DNA from: Gnetum montanum
Taxonomy: Eukaryota > Plantae > Gnetophyta
Assembly (NCBI GenBank): GCA_015680685.1
Contig: MNCI01002923.1
Coordinates: 1,242,458-1,306,457, forward strand
Direction of reading: 5' to 3'
DNA length: 64,000 nucleotides
This document shows, one piece after another, positions 14,501 to 27,249 of the stretch; the stretch's first letter is position 1, and the number at the start of each line of letters is the position of its first letter. The translations under genes were made by a program, and so were the position numbers. The notes under the pieces are model-generated. The model saw only the letters and a program-made list of their open reading frames with translations, ran no database searches and had not been told where the DNA came from.

Positions 14501-16081
14501 AAAAAATAGGTTAAACAATACAACAAAATAATAAAATCTTACACATTATTCTCACTTCGTAGGGTCACACAGTTGATCACCGTAGCGTAACTTACCGTGT
14601 CCAAAGGACAAGGGAAATAGTGGGATGTTCTCTTGCATGTCGTCGATGGTGATGGGACGATCCAAAGTCCACTCCTTATCTACCCATCCAACGTCTCTAC
14701 ATTTGGTAAAGAATTTAATGAACTAGATAGGGTAGTATTGGATTTCAAATCCCAGCTATCCCAGGACACTAGCACACACATTACTGATGGAAGTGAACTC
14801 CTTTATGGTTGTTTCAGCCATAGATAACATATCTGTATCACCTTAGAGACCATCCTCATTGATGAAAAACCTACATCACAGAATGTAGACAATTTTTTAT
14901 ACCTAACGCAAAATCAACCAACAGTCAACATATCATAACACCTTGAAAACACTTACCTGTCAGGGTAGTACACGAGGCCAAGTGGATTCTAAAAATAGGT
15001 CATGAGATGATGAGCTATGAACAGCGTATTGTAGGCGTGATAAAAATTGAACCTGGACATCTTCCAGATCTAAGATAAGCACCTCAAATCCTTGGCACTC
15101 TATTCACGATCCCTCCCACCTACAACCTCATTTGACCCGTCCACCAAGAATGTTAAAATACTCTGTGATGATCCGACTAGCAGCATTTCCAGGATAATGC
15201 CAGCCATTTCAGTTGGCAAATGTGACCAAATAATCATGCTAAAGTTATGCAAAAAAAAATTCTAGAGACTCCCATGCACCTTTCTAGAGCCAAACCGCCT
15301 CCTCCCCTACATGAGCATGAGGAGGAGGAACATTGGTCGCAGGGACATGTAAATAGCATAGAATGCCCACGATGTCCAGGACAATCAGGATAGGCTTTAG
15401 CATAATCCTTTACAATAAAATGCACTACCATTAGAAAAATAACTTAGACATACTAACAACATCATAACAAAACAAGTAAAAAAGGCTCACAAGAATACAT
15501 TACATAGCACTAAGGTTTCCGCTACCTTGACTCCCAGAAAAATCACAGGTTACGTTAAAATGCATTACCAAAACTGCCCAAACCCTTGCGATGGTGCAAG
15601 GTCTGTCTTTGGCAACGGTGATAAAGGTAACACCACATACTGCCCTAGCGTAACATGCAACCATCACGGGCAAGGCAATGAAACCCCATTTTCACAGTGC
15701 AACAGTACAATAGCTAGACTCTTAACTAGTTATGTATTGTGTTTATATAATACTACCCAAGATTACCTAAACCCTTGCGATGATGTAAAGTCTGTCTTTG
15801 ACAATGGTGATAGGGATAATGTTACAAACTCAATAGTGTAACTAGCACAGGTAGGTATCAATACAAAACACAATGCACATCTTTGGAACAAATAAAATTA
15901 CGATGTCGTGACAACGAAAACAAAAAAAAACAATTATGTGAGGAAGGTGAACAATGACTTACTGGGCAAGTGGAGTACCTTCTCGAGTTTCGACTCATGC
16001 CTTCAAAATTCGTCCCATGCTTTCTTGTACTTCATCAATCCTTGCCAAATTGGCATGTTTGCCTTTGGTCTTCGGTGTCAT
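11573..16081 (-). pseudogene. Antisense multi-exon gene inside element A (FCP1/NIF-like domain + Transposase_32-like domain + coiled coil + acidic tail), decayed
   Basis: Predicted exons: 16081-15963, 15407-14957, 14870-14596, 14489-13440, ~13290-13045, 12950-12813, 12726-11907 and 11827-11573. GTAAGT donors and AG acceptors with consistent phases for exons 1-4. Translation matches the copy in element B. Confidence 0.75.
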
Positions 16082-16655
16082 GGTTATGCTTAAACAACCT
16101 TTACAAAATCGTCTACTTATGCCTTCCTTCTGCTTTCCTTCTACTTTACCCTAATTCAAATTTGCGAAGTTTATAGTCTGCTTTGAGGATGAATCATCTA
16201 CTTATAAATGTGATGGTCGAAACTAGCTATTTTCATGTCCGATCAATGTGGAACTTTTCTGAAACGCAGGTATGTCAGTGCAACATGAAGCGTGAAGATT
16301 GCACCATTGATCTCATAGATATTGCATTGATGATGGTCCGAAAAGACCCTAAACTAATGCGTAGCTTATTGTCTCGTAATCCGATCACATTTTCTATGGT
16401 CTACACAAAATCCTAGATTAGCTGTTTTGTCACACTAGACATGCCATGTTATACCTTTCATCATAGTTCGTAGAAATCGTACGCTAATATCTAGGAAACC
16501 TGGCTTGTTTTTTTTTTTACAAACTATGTATATTGTAACAGTCTGCTAAGACCTTAAATTGGTACCCTCTTTAACACACACCTCTAAAAACCTTCTATCG
16601 TTTCACCAAATTGACAAAAACAATGTAACAACTTCCATTCTTGGCGATTTTGCAG

Positions 16656-18607
16656 GTCAGTTAGCAAATAAACGAAGCTTTACTTGCACCCCTAACCCTA
16701 ATAGGTCCGTACGGGAAAACTTTTAGATAGCCTAATCTTGCCATGATAGGAACCGATGCCTCCTCCTGTGACATAACCATAGCAGCCTCGGAAGTATCCC
16801 CAGACTGGCAAGAACATTTGGCCCAAACCCTAAACCTGGAGGCTAGTGATGTGACCAAGGATCCCCTCACTGAGATCTCTATGATTACACACAAAGCATA
16901 AAGAAAAACTTTGAAGGTCAGTTCTCTCCTTGACCAATGAATGCAGAATGACATGTCTCGAGCTTTCCAAGATAACGTTGCGGTGTTCGCATGGTCATAT
17001 GAAGACATGTCAGGTTTAGACCTACGACTAATATAGCACAACATTGTGTTAGACCTGAGTATCAAAGCGGTTAGACAAAAAGCATGGAAGATTAAGCCTG
17101 AAATCGCGTTGGCAATGCGTGATGAAATCACTAAGCTATATCAAACTGGTTTCATCCACGCAGTTGATTATTTGGATTAGGTGTCGAACATTTTTGTTGT
17201 CTCTAAGAAAATGGGAGGAATACGCATCTCTATAGACTTCCGTGATCTAAACAAGGAAACAATTAAAGACAATTTCCCATTACCATGTATTGACCAACTT
17301 ATCGATACGATAGCCGACCACGCGTTACTATCCTTCATGGATGGGTTTTTGAAGTATAATCAAATTCTTATCAACCCAAAACATGAACTAACTACAACTT
17401 TCATGACCCCCTAGGGAACTTACTATTATACCATGATGCCCTTCGGGCTAAAAAACACTGGAGCAACTTATCAACGTGTCATGACGTATATCTTTAGCAA
17501 TTACCTCTTGAAGCAATTGAATAACTATGTAAATGACATAGTTGTTAAATCTAAAAAGTCGAAAAATCACCCAGAGGACCTAGAATTAATCCTTAAATGA
17601 TGTCTCAGGCACGACCTATGGCTCAACCCAAAAAAATTTGTATTTGGAGTCAAGACTAGATGCATGTTGGGGTTTGTGGTATCGAAGGCTGGCATACGAG
17701 TCGACCCCGACAAGGTTAAGGCCATCATTAACCTAGCACCACCTACAAACCTCAAGGAACTACGTGGGTTGTAAGGTAGGTTACAGTTTATCAGGAGGTT
17801 CATCTCGAAGTTAATAGACAAATTACATCCTATGCAACATTTGCTCAAGAAGGGAGTTAACTTTGAATGGACCAAGGACTGCTAGTGTGCATTTGACAAC
17901 CTGAAGAAAGCACTGCTACACTTGCCAACGATTTTCCCACCACAAAGGGATTAGCCTTTCTACATCTACCTGGCAAGTTCAAATGTGTCCATAGCTGCGT
18001 TGTTATGTCAAAAGTGGGATGGCAGGTTAGAAATCCCTATTTATTACCTAAGTCATGCTCTATTTGCATACGAAATGAGGTACAATGAAGTAGAGCGTAA
18101 CTGTTTGACATTAGTGTTTGCACTCAAAAAATATAAGCCCTATCTTTTCTGCAGCCAAGTTAACATAATTTGCAAGAACAACATTCTACAAGCCATTACC
18201 AACAACTTATACAAGAGTAGTAGGATAGCCCTCTGGAAATCCATCACAGTAGAATTTGACTTGCTCTATATTGGCCAATCCTCTACGAAAGGTCAAGCGA
18301 TAGCCAATCAACTTGTAACATCACCTATTAATGATCAAGCCATGATAGAGCCTGAGTTTCCTGACGAACATGTACATAGTTTAAGCCCAGTATCAACAGG
18401 CCTCGAAGTGACATTATACTTCAATAGAGCTTCGACTACCAAAGGCGGTAGTGCCGTTGCCATCATTACACTTTCCCCTAAAGATGTTGTCCATTGGCTT
18501 ATCGCCTGGTGTTTCCTTATATGAACAATATGGCAAAATACAAGGGGCTCCTAAGGGGACTATTAGCAGCCAGAGAACTAAACATCCAACACCTGGTAAT
18601 CCATGAA
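16656..18607 (+). pseudogene. pol: Element A pol exon: RT, RNase H and truncated archaeal-type RNase H (aRH)
   Basis: RT motifs IDFRDLNK, SFMDGF and MPFGLKN. RNase H IYYLSHAL...NCLTLVFALKK. aRH start TLYFNRAS. The reading frame begins after TTTTGCAG (AG at 16654-16655) and no integrase follows. Confidence 0.9.
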
Positions 18608-19031
18608 CTAGCGTAACACAACTCACCTCATGGAATGCATCTTCAAAAAAAAGTAGGCAAAACTAGGCAAAATGGATGAAACACAACTCATCCAGGCCAT
18701 ACGGGTGTAACACAACTCGTCTAGGCAAGCCCCACATGTACAGTACAGCAGTAGCGTAATCTCTCACGAAAACACCCACGAGAAGTTGTCTAATAACATG
18801 TTTACGAAGTATCCAACTCACGCTTGAGTCTTTCCTGAACCTCCCTCCCTCGCAACTGTAAAATCTCTCTTCTGCTCCTTACACTCCCAACCTTCACACA
18901 TCCAAGTTTAACAAAGCAACATCTGAGCAGCAACTAACGAACGGTGTTGGCGTCTTTGCCTCTCTGGTTTTTTGTATTCTTTGTCGACGTCTCTTAGGCA
19001 AGCCCTCAAAACATCGACAAAGAGGGACCAT

Positions 19032-20282
19032 TGAAACCCTATGAAATTTTGAGACCTTAATGATTTAGAAAGGTCTCGAAGTTTGGACAAAGATTTCTAG
19101 AAGTGGCACATTTCAACAAGTTTTCTTTTTTGGCTAAGGACCTACTACGCAGCTCAACATAGCAAACATCAGGAGGACTGAACAAAAACAAGGAATGTGC
19201 AGCAACAACACTTCAACTTTGCAAGCTAGCCATGATTGAGAATCTTAACTTTTGTCATACTACACCATGTTACGCTACGCAGTGTAATGTAGTGTAACGA
19301 AAGTAGTGCAGTTGAATTATCCGCAACAACAAAGGTTGCAAAGTTCAGACAGTGGCAGTCATTACACCACGATACGCTTCCCAACGTATCGTAGCATAGT
19401 CGTGGGATAGTTTATTCAGTGCAAGAGACATGGTCAAATAAATTGTCTCCTTGAAGGGTGATTATGCTATACTATGCTTTAGAGCATAACATAGTGTAGC
19501 ATTACAAACTTCAATTACAGCACATTAGGTCACCAATATTTTGTGGGCCTAGGACACGCATCATCTAAATCGTGTTCTTCTCCTAACCCTAATCTTATAA
19601 ATACCCCAGTAGACAATGTTCAAGGGGTTGGCAATTATTAGCAAATTTTTGAAAATATCTCTTGGCAAAGACTGGTGAGATGACGAGAAAGAGTTGGCAA
19701 TAGAAGAGCATTGATGGTGATCTACAAGAGCTTTTGACCAAAGATTTCAAGTTAGTAGACACTTTGCTTCAAGTCTAACTCCCTTGCTCCCAGATTGGCT
19801 AGAACAAGGTAGATTGGCCTTTGCTTGTTTTGTCTCTGATTAACTTCTTGTTTATAGCGAACACTTTGTCCAAACCAAAGTTCTCTTGTAAATCCAGTTG
19901 TATTCATCATATTTATATATAAGGGAGATCCCAAATCTCGGGATCGTGCATGTTCCAATTTCAATTCGTTGCATCTTATTTACATTGAGTTTTGCGATCA
20001 TTTTGCATAATTTACACTGCCTTCATTACCTTCAAGATCCGATCTCAGAGCAAATCTCATTTTCTTGTAAATCAATAATATGTTTTCATATTAAGTCATC
20101 ACCTCATTATACGATCGTTGACAAATTTACTGATTGAGTAAGTCCCTGTCTGATCGACAAGATCGTTCAGGGCACCTCGGATTCGTTTTCTCCAGCATGG
20201 CCCTCACGTGGATCCGGGGTTAAAACTGTGTACACGTAAATTCCTTCAGTGTTTCCAGCAACTAACATTTTCCATCATTAAA
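19032..20282 (+). repeat. Element A 3' LTR
   Basis: Starts TGAAACCCTATG directly after the PPT. Ends CATCATTAAA (terminal CA mutated), followed by TSD ACTAC. Confidence 0.92.
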
Positions 20283-21099
20283 ACTACCAATGACCATGGT
20301 CCTTGTTCCTTTTTTTCTAGGAAAGTTTGCTCATTGTTTACTTCATTCTTAAGGTACAAATTCCAACACAAGTCTGGCTAATTAACTACACTACCAAAGA
20401 ACATGATCCTTTCGAAACTTTTCCCATAGTACAATTCAACCCTCATGCATGTGCTCTTTAACTATAATCTAAATGGCATCATAGCAGGTCTCTTGGGTGG
20501 CTAAGGGTTCTCAAGTGGAGAGGAACACACTTCACCTTATTACTCATAAGATAACCATGGATCATCACACTTGAGGGTTAGGGCTTATGAGAGGGAAAAT
20601 GGAATTTTCTAAAGTCACCTAGTGATTATGGCTAACCATTCTCCAACTTCACATATCCTACATTCACATGATCATGATGATAACATGATAAGTTAGCATA
20701 AATCTCATTCTCCATAATCCAACATAACTAATAAACTAAAACCTTGAAATAGATTGGGAAGAATCATAGCATTATTGAAGTATATCCTATAAAGAATATT
20801 TTATGTAACAGTAATATGATATATCATATAAAGCATTATACTTGCATTATTTTCAAATGGTGTTATGATGACCCAATGCTTAGTAACTCAAATGATCATA
20901 ATAATTACTAAAACCATGTTGAAAAGCATAAATAGATCAAACCAAAACCAATATGCTAAAAAAAATGATGGTAGACATAACATGCATGACAAAATGATGG
21001 AAATACAAAGAAAATATGTAGATGCAACTATATACAAATGAAATGCATGGTAAAGGGGAAGAAAGCATGAAACTAGAGATCTACTAGGTGTCCACATGG

Positions 21100-21528
21100 G
21101 GCACTTGAGTAGAAATTATTTAGATGAAATGCATTAAATTTTCTATTTAATTTATTCCTTGCAAATCAAAAATTTTGCAAACATTGGGACCAATGACATC
21201 TATAACTTGGAATGGACTTGAGCACATAGAAGAAAACTTAGTTTGAGGGCTGGTTTGACCAGATTCTCTATCTCTCTTAAGGACCAAGTCACCTACCTGA
21301 AACACTTTGGTTTCATATTTTTTATCAAACCATTTTTTAACAATTTGTTGATGACTAAATAGATTTTCAATTGCTTTGATCCTTTTAAGCTCTAAATTCC
21401 AAATATCATATGTACATGATATTAAATGTTCGTCAGTTGGTAAATTTTCCAAAACAAAATGATATGTGGGGATTTGTAAATTTATTAGCAATATTGGTTA
21501 TTGTCCATACACTAAATCATATGGTGTA
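21100..21528 (-). pseudogene. pol: Old gypsy element D, integrase C-terminal part
   Basis: FQVGDLVLK...SSPFQVIDVIGPN (GPY/F-type region). Continues from 30520 once C1 is removed. Confidence 0.75.
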
Positions 21529-22275
21529 TGATGAGTGGTGAGGTACCCCTACACTCAACCATACAAATATGAGTGTGTACATGTGATTTGGTCAAACTCC
21601 GCAAATGGACTAGTTGTGGCACCTAGACAATTATACGTTGATCGCAATTCGTTGTCTTTCCACCTAGACTAGTAGTAGCTTTGTCATGTATGGTTTAGTC
21701 CAAAGTGAGGCATATGATGTGGTCCTAATCTTACATTACTCTTGATAATAGAAATAATAATTTGATTAAACTAATAATGGAAGCAAAACCTAAATTAGCC
21801 TATGGAAATGGTATCTATCCTTAACCATCTATACATGTCTTGGACTTTGTGGGATTACTGCTGGGTGTGCCAAGTATTTGCACTTAAACGCTCGTGATTA
21901 AGGCGTACACATTCTGCTTAATGACAGGAAAAGTAAATAACAATAAATTAACTGTTAACTAAAGAAGACATTAAATAATTAAAACAATGAAATTAATCCA
22001 AGTGAATGCTGCAATGATGAAAGTAATCTTAATCTTTATTGCTGGTCATACACATGTCCAAGTACATCACACTGTGGGCATGCACTGAGAATAACTGAAA
22101 GCTAAACTACCAAAAGAAAAGAACTTTTAACTCTCTAATAATCCTCTCTTTGTTGTGCACCTGAGCGCTATATTTATAGGCTAATACAAGAATCATGATA
22201 TTATGTATACAATATCGTATCTAGGCTACAATATCACATACCCAATATCAGGGCCTGGCAAACTATGATTCATCA
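21529..22275 (-). repeat. C1 3' LTR
   Basis: TG...CA termini and collinear with 29731-30519. Confidence 0.9.
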
Positions 22276-22442
22276 TACCCCCATGACTGAATAAAGACTC
22301 ATCCTCGAGTTAATACAATGAGAAATGAGTCTCTTACAAGACATTATGAAGGTATGGGATTATTGACTACTACTGACTCATCATGTCATAGTATGGAAAC
22401 ACAAAAATTGGACACAAAATAAAAAATACAAAATGTTGGAAC

Positions 22443-25214
22443 TCATGTGGTTCATGGAGGTGGTGGATCCTCCATTGGTGCTTTAACTTTGTCTAGCCCT
22501 GTAGGCTTCTAATATTGTTGACAAGTGAGAAGCGCCTATAGTTTCTCTTCTTCTGTCCGAGGATCATGCACAATCCATGCTGATGTTCTAATGTTTGATG
22601 GAGCTAGCACCTCCCACAAACATGGCAACTATGGAAACATCTGATTTTCTTTAACATACCACGTAGAAAACTACCGTCATTCCTCCTCATAGGCTCTAGC
22701 TTTGTCTTGTAATTTCTAGTAATCTGTTAACCATCAAGCCAAGTTTGCTGCTACATCTTTTTAGTTATGGTAGCTTTCTTTGACCACTTCTAATTTAGAG
22801 TTTGCTACTTCTAATTTTTGTAATGTCTTCTTATGTTCCAAAAACTCTGTATCATACTTAGCATAAGTGACAGCTACCTACTTCTTAAGCTTAGTTCTTA
22901 GGTGCCCTGCTGCTAACATGGCCAAGTTGGCATATCACAGGTTTGCCAACTCCATGTCTTTGTTAAGTCCTCAATCTGCAGATCTTGATTTTCAATTCTG
23001 CTTAGTAGGCAAAGGCATACGTATCTAGTACGATAGCCAATCAATGTGTTGAGTACTAAAAGAATTAATGTGAGTCTTTGCCACATAAATCTCCTTTTCA
23101 ATGATTTCCTTGTACATTCCCACCTAATCATAGAAATGTTCTTTTTACTTCTCATGCTTCTTAGCCTCATTTTTCCATGCACTTATTTCTATGGTCGTCT
23201 TTTCTTGGATGGTGTGGACCTCCTCCATGAAGAGGGTTCTATTCTCCTTGGCCAAGCGATTCATGTCTTAGTTGACCCAAACTAATTATTCTCGCATTTG
23301 TTGGAAACTTTCTTTGAAAATTTTCTTCTATTTCTCAACTATCATCAACCAAATATTTTTGGCAGCAAGTAGTTTATTCTCCTCTTGTGAGCCCTTGTGA
23401 GCTTTAGCATGTGTATACATCTGAGCTTGTGCCTTTGAAGCATCCCAATCAACATGTTCTTTTTCCCTTGCCATCTTTTTATTTTCTTCCAACAATTTAT
23501 TTAGTTTCTCAATTCTAAAAATGTCTAATTGGTCAGCTGTAATAAATTGAAAAGGATCCCTTCATTTAGCATGTAGGATGATGAGCTTTTCTTGTAATCT
23601 TTGCAACTCTACTTCTACGTGCTCAGCCCTAACTTCAGCAATGACCAATTTTCCTTTGGTGAAAATGATCTCTGATTGTGCTACTATGACATCTTGGAGG
23701 ATGTCAAGCAAGGACATCATAACTTGTCATGTTTGTGGCAAGTGATCCAAAGCATCCTCATGTTCCGTAGGAGTCATTGAGGAACTGGCCAAAACTTGAG
23801 CATCACGTGCTCCTATGAAATCTACTGGTGGCACAATAGGGATGTTAAACGATTCTCTGATGTGGCCTACGACCACCTCTACTATGCCCTCCACATCCTA
23901 GTGCTACATGACCACCACCATGGCACCTTCACTAGATTCTAATTTGACTTGGAAGAATGCAACATTCCTAGTGATCTGCTAAGACCACTAGGACTCTCCT
24001 CCTAAAATCATTGAAATATTTCCACTTGCAGGGTTGGTAGAAACAGTGCATTGTATGAAATCATCAATGACCCTGAATAGGTTTTCAGCATCACGACTTC
24101 CCCAACTAACCATCTCAACAATTGTTCGAAGGTGACTAATAAATAATCGATAGTCTTGTTGCAGGAGTGACAATTATTGGACTTGCTCACTTATGGATTG
24201 TGTGTTGGGCCCTACTTCCTGTTATTAGCTAGGTCCTACCATTTGAGGCAAAGTGGGCCTAACCGTTTGCTCTTCCTCTTGTTCTAATTGCTCACTAACA
24301 TCTTTCCTTGGCACCGACAGTTTAAGCAGTTCAACATATGAAGCAATTTTGGCTTTTCTAGGAACATCATTCATGTAGCCCAAGATTCCAACACGTCTGC
24401 ATAGCTTCCTAATAAAACAAGGGAAAGGTAAGGCAAGCTTCCCTATCTTCCTTTCTTCAAATTTCCTTAATATCTCCATCAAATATAAATGGGACAAATT
24501 CGCATTAAATTTTCCAATCAAAATTGCACTGCCCCATGTTGCATAAGTAGATAATCTATTTAAACCTTTGGTGGGAAAAAGGTGATAAGTGTCAATCTTA
24601 AAGTAGATCCTCTCTTCTAGGGTCAATTTTCCATAAACTTTATTTTTCTTATCATAATCTTGTTTCAACCATAATTTCCTTGCATCTACATCTGAGTGAG
24701 TGGACAAATGAGCAACTTTTGGTCCTTCATTTGGAAGACTTAGGACCTTTGCAATGGCCTTTACAAAAAAATCAATGAAAATACCACCTATAATGGCAAT
24801 GGTGCCTTCCTCCTTGCCATGCCAAAATTGGTATGTTTCACAATACCAATCACCACTCTCTAAGAGGATGAGCTATAGTGAATATGCCTTAAGTTGAGTC
24901 TTCACTAGTTTAGGGGCAAACTTAGTGAAAGGACCAAAATTGAGCTCCACTATCACAGCTGCAAAGGTGGACTTCTCCCGAATGGCTTGAAGACATTCAG
25001 GGGACCGCGTAATATGTTGCCTTGGTTTCAGGGCTCTAACTTTGCCACCTTCTACATCGCTATATTACACTATTGTAGGGGTTTCCTAATGAAAGTTGAA
25101 TGAGGGGGCCTCCTACTCTGCATGTTCTATGTGAGGTTCCTCGCCTCTACCTCCTCTCAGGAATTTAGCTGCACCTTAGGAAGGTCTTGCTCGATCTCCT
25201 CTTTTTGGGACCAT
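22443..25214 (-). pseudogene. C1 ORF2 (Athila env-like/Transposase_32-like domain + long coiled coil), decayed
   Basis: ATG at 25214 directly after a TTACAG acceptor (MVPKKRR). Contains YHLFPTKG...LPFPCFIRKLCRRVGI and a Glu/Lys/Gln-rich C-terminal half. Homologous to 54715-57408. Confidence 0.65.
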
Positions 25215-26516
25215 CTGTAATCACACAAAAATCATTGTTACTAAGGTTGTGTAGAGAAATTTTTATCAATTCATACCTCACTCATTACCTTAATTAACAA
25301 TCCATAATTACATAGTGTGATTTTTAGAGTTAGAAATAGTTTTGAGAAGTGGCTCCAAAAGGTGTTATTGTTGACCTTATAATCATTTAGGTGGCCTGGG
25401 TGATTGATAAAAATTACCTTGTCACTTAAACACAGAAGGTTTCTTTGGTAAACATTGAATTTCTTACCCCTATAATATCCTTTGAATGATGGAAAATTTT
25501 GAAAAACGTTTGCACACCTCCCACTACAATACTCCTCCATGACTAAATGGAACACTCCAAGTTCAACTAGCATCAAACAAAATTGAAATCAAAATGTTAG
25601 GGAGCAAGATATTGCACTTCGAAGATGGAGATGTAAAGCTCTAAGTTGCAAAGGAAAATTTCAACAACTCCCCTAGTGTCAAATGATAGAAATGAACTTG
25701 AAGTGGACAGGGTTGTGAGCATATATAGGTAGGGGAGATGCGATATTACATACATACATCCCCACAAAAATTCATTGAATGCAAGGACTAAGTGGGAATA
25801 ATAAATTTTTAATATGTAATGAAGGATTAAAAATTGAATTGGAAGCTTTGGGGTATTCAGAAAATTAATTTTGAGGCACCAAAACTATTCCATGATGGGA
25901 TCATATATGAAAATTTGTGAAAAGGAGCTAGGATGAAGGGTGTATAGTAATTGTTGTGGAATGATTGATTAAAATGATAGGGAAAAGGATAATTCACTTA
26001 GGTAAGTAGGTGGAGAATGTAAAATAATGCATTGTGTGCAATAGGGACAGGTTACAAAAGTTACACAAGTGGGTCCTCCCCAAAGTAGGCTCTAGCCTAT
26101 GATGCCCTTGTGGAACCACACCTCTAATGTTTGTAGACACTAGAGAAGTTGAATGCAACATATACCTATGAACAAAACACACATGTTAAAACCACCAAGT
26201 TGAGATAATAACTCTATGTTACACCAACCATAAGTATGAACACTCAGACAATGAGATGAGATGGACGTAGAAGGGATCGCAAAAATCGAGACATGAGGTT
26301 TCTCATGATGGTCACAATGGAATCTTGTGTGTAATTCATGGTTAAATAACCATGTGTCTAGCTTTCCAAGTTCTAGACCAAGTCTACCACATTGCAGTGA
26401 CACCGCATTACTTCATCCCATCGACAAACAACCATAAGCCTACTAGAGTTGCAAGGAGTAATGTCACTTGGTGTTTTGTTCAAGGAATGAGCAGGAGAGG
26501 AGTGTCATAATGGCTC

Positions 26517-26535
26517 ACTCTCTTTCTTTTCTTCT

Positions 26536-26578
<43 letters not shown>
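26517..26578 (+). repeat. (CT)n microsatellite inside C1
   Basis: Read directly. Confidence 0.9.
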
Positions 26579-26584
<6 letters not shown>

Positions 26585-27249
26585 ATTTTTGTTTGGCTCT
26601 ATGAAGTTGCCTACCTTCAAGCATGTGTACATGTATTTCCAGTGGGATCCACACAGAAGCTAATTTAGTGTCATTTAAGTTGCTCTTACTCCCATTTTTT
26701 TAGGTCTACAAGGATATAGTTACAACCTTGGAAACACAATAGAACATACAGAAGTGGCCAAAGAGAATCTATGAATCCCCTTGATGTCACACCCTTGTCA
26801 TTCCACATTGGTTCTTTACTCAACTCTCCAGACATAATGATTATCAAATTATTTATAGTTAGATGATGAAAAAGATTACCATTGTAACCAAAGAACAAAC
26901 CTCTTATTAATGGAATGGGTGGATGGATGTCATGGTCTCAATGTCCAAATAATCAATTCCTTATGACTAGGCAACATAGAAAAAAACCTCACCTTAATGG
27001 ACAACATGATCAACTTATTCATGGTTGAGATTATAATGAAAAATTAAAAACAACAATTACAAAAAGTAAAAGAAATAGAGAAATGACAAAAAATCGTAGA
27101 AAAAAAAAAGATAAAATAACACTTAAAAATCCTAGAAATTGGAATGGGGGTGACCCCCATGACTAAACATTTGGTCATTGCTAGGATTAATAAGAGGATG
27201 AATAGGATACATGCATGTATGAAATGTTAGGGGTCCATCATGCCCCAGC

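Larger units (their letters stand above)
5906..20282 (+). mobile_element. Element A: Ty3/gypsy Tat (Ogre-like) LTR retrotransposon, decayed, integrase deleted
   Basis: Paired LTRs at 5906-7144 and 19032-20282. TSD ACTAC at 5901-5905 and 20283-20287. tRNA-Asn PBS at 7151-7178 and PPT AAAGAGGGA at ~19019-19027. Domain order is gag-PR ... RT-RH-aRH. Confidence 0.93.

Noticed and set aside
15234-15431. Cys-rich metallothionein-like ORF (CPCDQCSSSSCSC)
   Set aside because: Alternative frame of exon 2. The splice-phase-consistent frame gives the FCP1-like sequence.
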